DNA from: Deltaproteobacteria bacterium
GTDB lineage: Bacteria; Desulfobacterota; Desulfobacteria; Desulfobacterales; JAUVGT01
Assembly: GCA_030593645.1 (NCBI GenBank)
Contig: JAUVGT010000001.1
Location: forward strand, 1-35,707
DNA length: 35,707 nt
Direction of reading: 5' to 3'
Below are positions 35,567-35,707 of this stretch, one piece after another. Positions within the stretch are counted from its first letter, which is position 1. Each line of letters begins with the position of its first letter. The notes beneath the pieces were generated by a model. The model worked only from the letters and a program-made list of their open reading frames with translations. It did not search any database and was not told where the DNA came from. The translations under genes were made by a program, and so were the position numbers.

Positions 35567-35707
35567 AGTAAAAATCCGGGTCCAAAGGGCCCGGCTTTGA
35601 CTTGTCCGCCATAGCTTTAGCGACGGCGGGAACTGTCCGCATAGCTTTAGCGGCGACGGAACTTTAGTGCACTTTAGCTCACTTTAGTCACTTTGATTTA
35701 TTTCTTA
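35567..35707 (-). repeat. Repeat family B, inverted and centrally deleted variant (truncated by the window end)
   Basis: It holds the reverse complement of the B right end (AGTAAAAATCCGGGTCCAAAGGGCCCGGCTTTGACTTGTCCGCCATAGCTTTAGCG). A second copy of the CCGC-ATAGCTTTAGCGG hairpin module follows. It then runs directly into the 9-10-bp unit array (ACTTTAGTGC ACTTTAGCTC ACTTTAGTC ACTTTGATT). The central module of about 130 bp is absent. Confidence 0.8.

Noticed and set aside
1-35707. I searched by eye for defence systems, CRISPR-cas, toxin-antitoxin pairs, integrases, transposases, prophage genes, tRNA/rRNA and known riboswitches.
   Set aside because: I recognised none. All ORFs longer than 100 aa that I consider real are assignable to the housekeeping, respiratory or signal-transduction families listed in the features.

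Overview
The window looks like a chromosomal segment of a Gram-negative, probably anaerobic bacterium. The protein sequences resemble Desulfobacterota, but that is inference only and I computed no statistics.

Gene content, left to right:
- 1-7.1 kb, minus strand: ruvC-ruvA-ruvB' and a complete tol-pal cluster (tolQ-tolR-tolA-like-tolB-pal-pal-ybgF) with a tandemly duplicated pal.
- 7.6-12.8 kb, plus strand: an HD-domain hydrolase, a type-B sdhCAB/frdCAB operon, and a REC-DHp protein with no kinase catalytic domain.
- 12.9-20.3 kb, plus strand: a near-consensus sigma-54 promoter, then chemotaxis cluster 1 (STAS, CheA-CheW-CheW-REC hybrid, CheW, CheB, CheR, REC/coiled-coil). It contains no MCP.
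- 20.7-21.9 kb, plus strand: an MscS-family channel.
- 21.8-35.3 kb, minus strand: twelve co-directional, closely spaced genes forming a second, Tfp/ACF-like chemosensory block. In transcription order they are a pseudoREC-PATAN-TPR-Zn-ribbon-TPR-REC regulator, a PilH-like CheY, CheW, a two-Hpt CheA-REC, CheW, CheW, an M16 metallopeptidase, an unlisted 51-aa ORF, a second PilH-like CheY, a Cache MCP, an orphan LivK-type binding protein and a single-domain PilZ.

Two structured intergenic repeat families are not explained by genes. Family A is a MITE-like long imperfect palindrome of about 135-210 bp, with 4 copies plus 1 solo end. Family B is a composite element of about 280-300 bp, with 3 copies. 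It has inverted arrays of 9-10-bp TAAAGTGCC units in variable number and outward-facing terminator-like hairpins at both ends.

I saw no CRISPR array, integrase, transposase, toxin-antitoxin pair, known defence genes or RNA genes. The best candidates for something undescribed are the composition of the second chemosensory block and the two repeat families. None of this can be confirmed without database searches.
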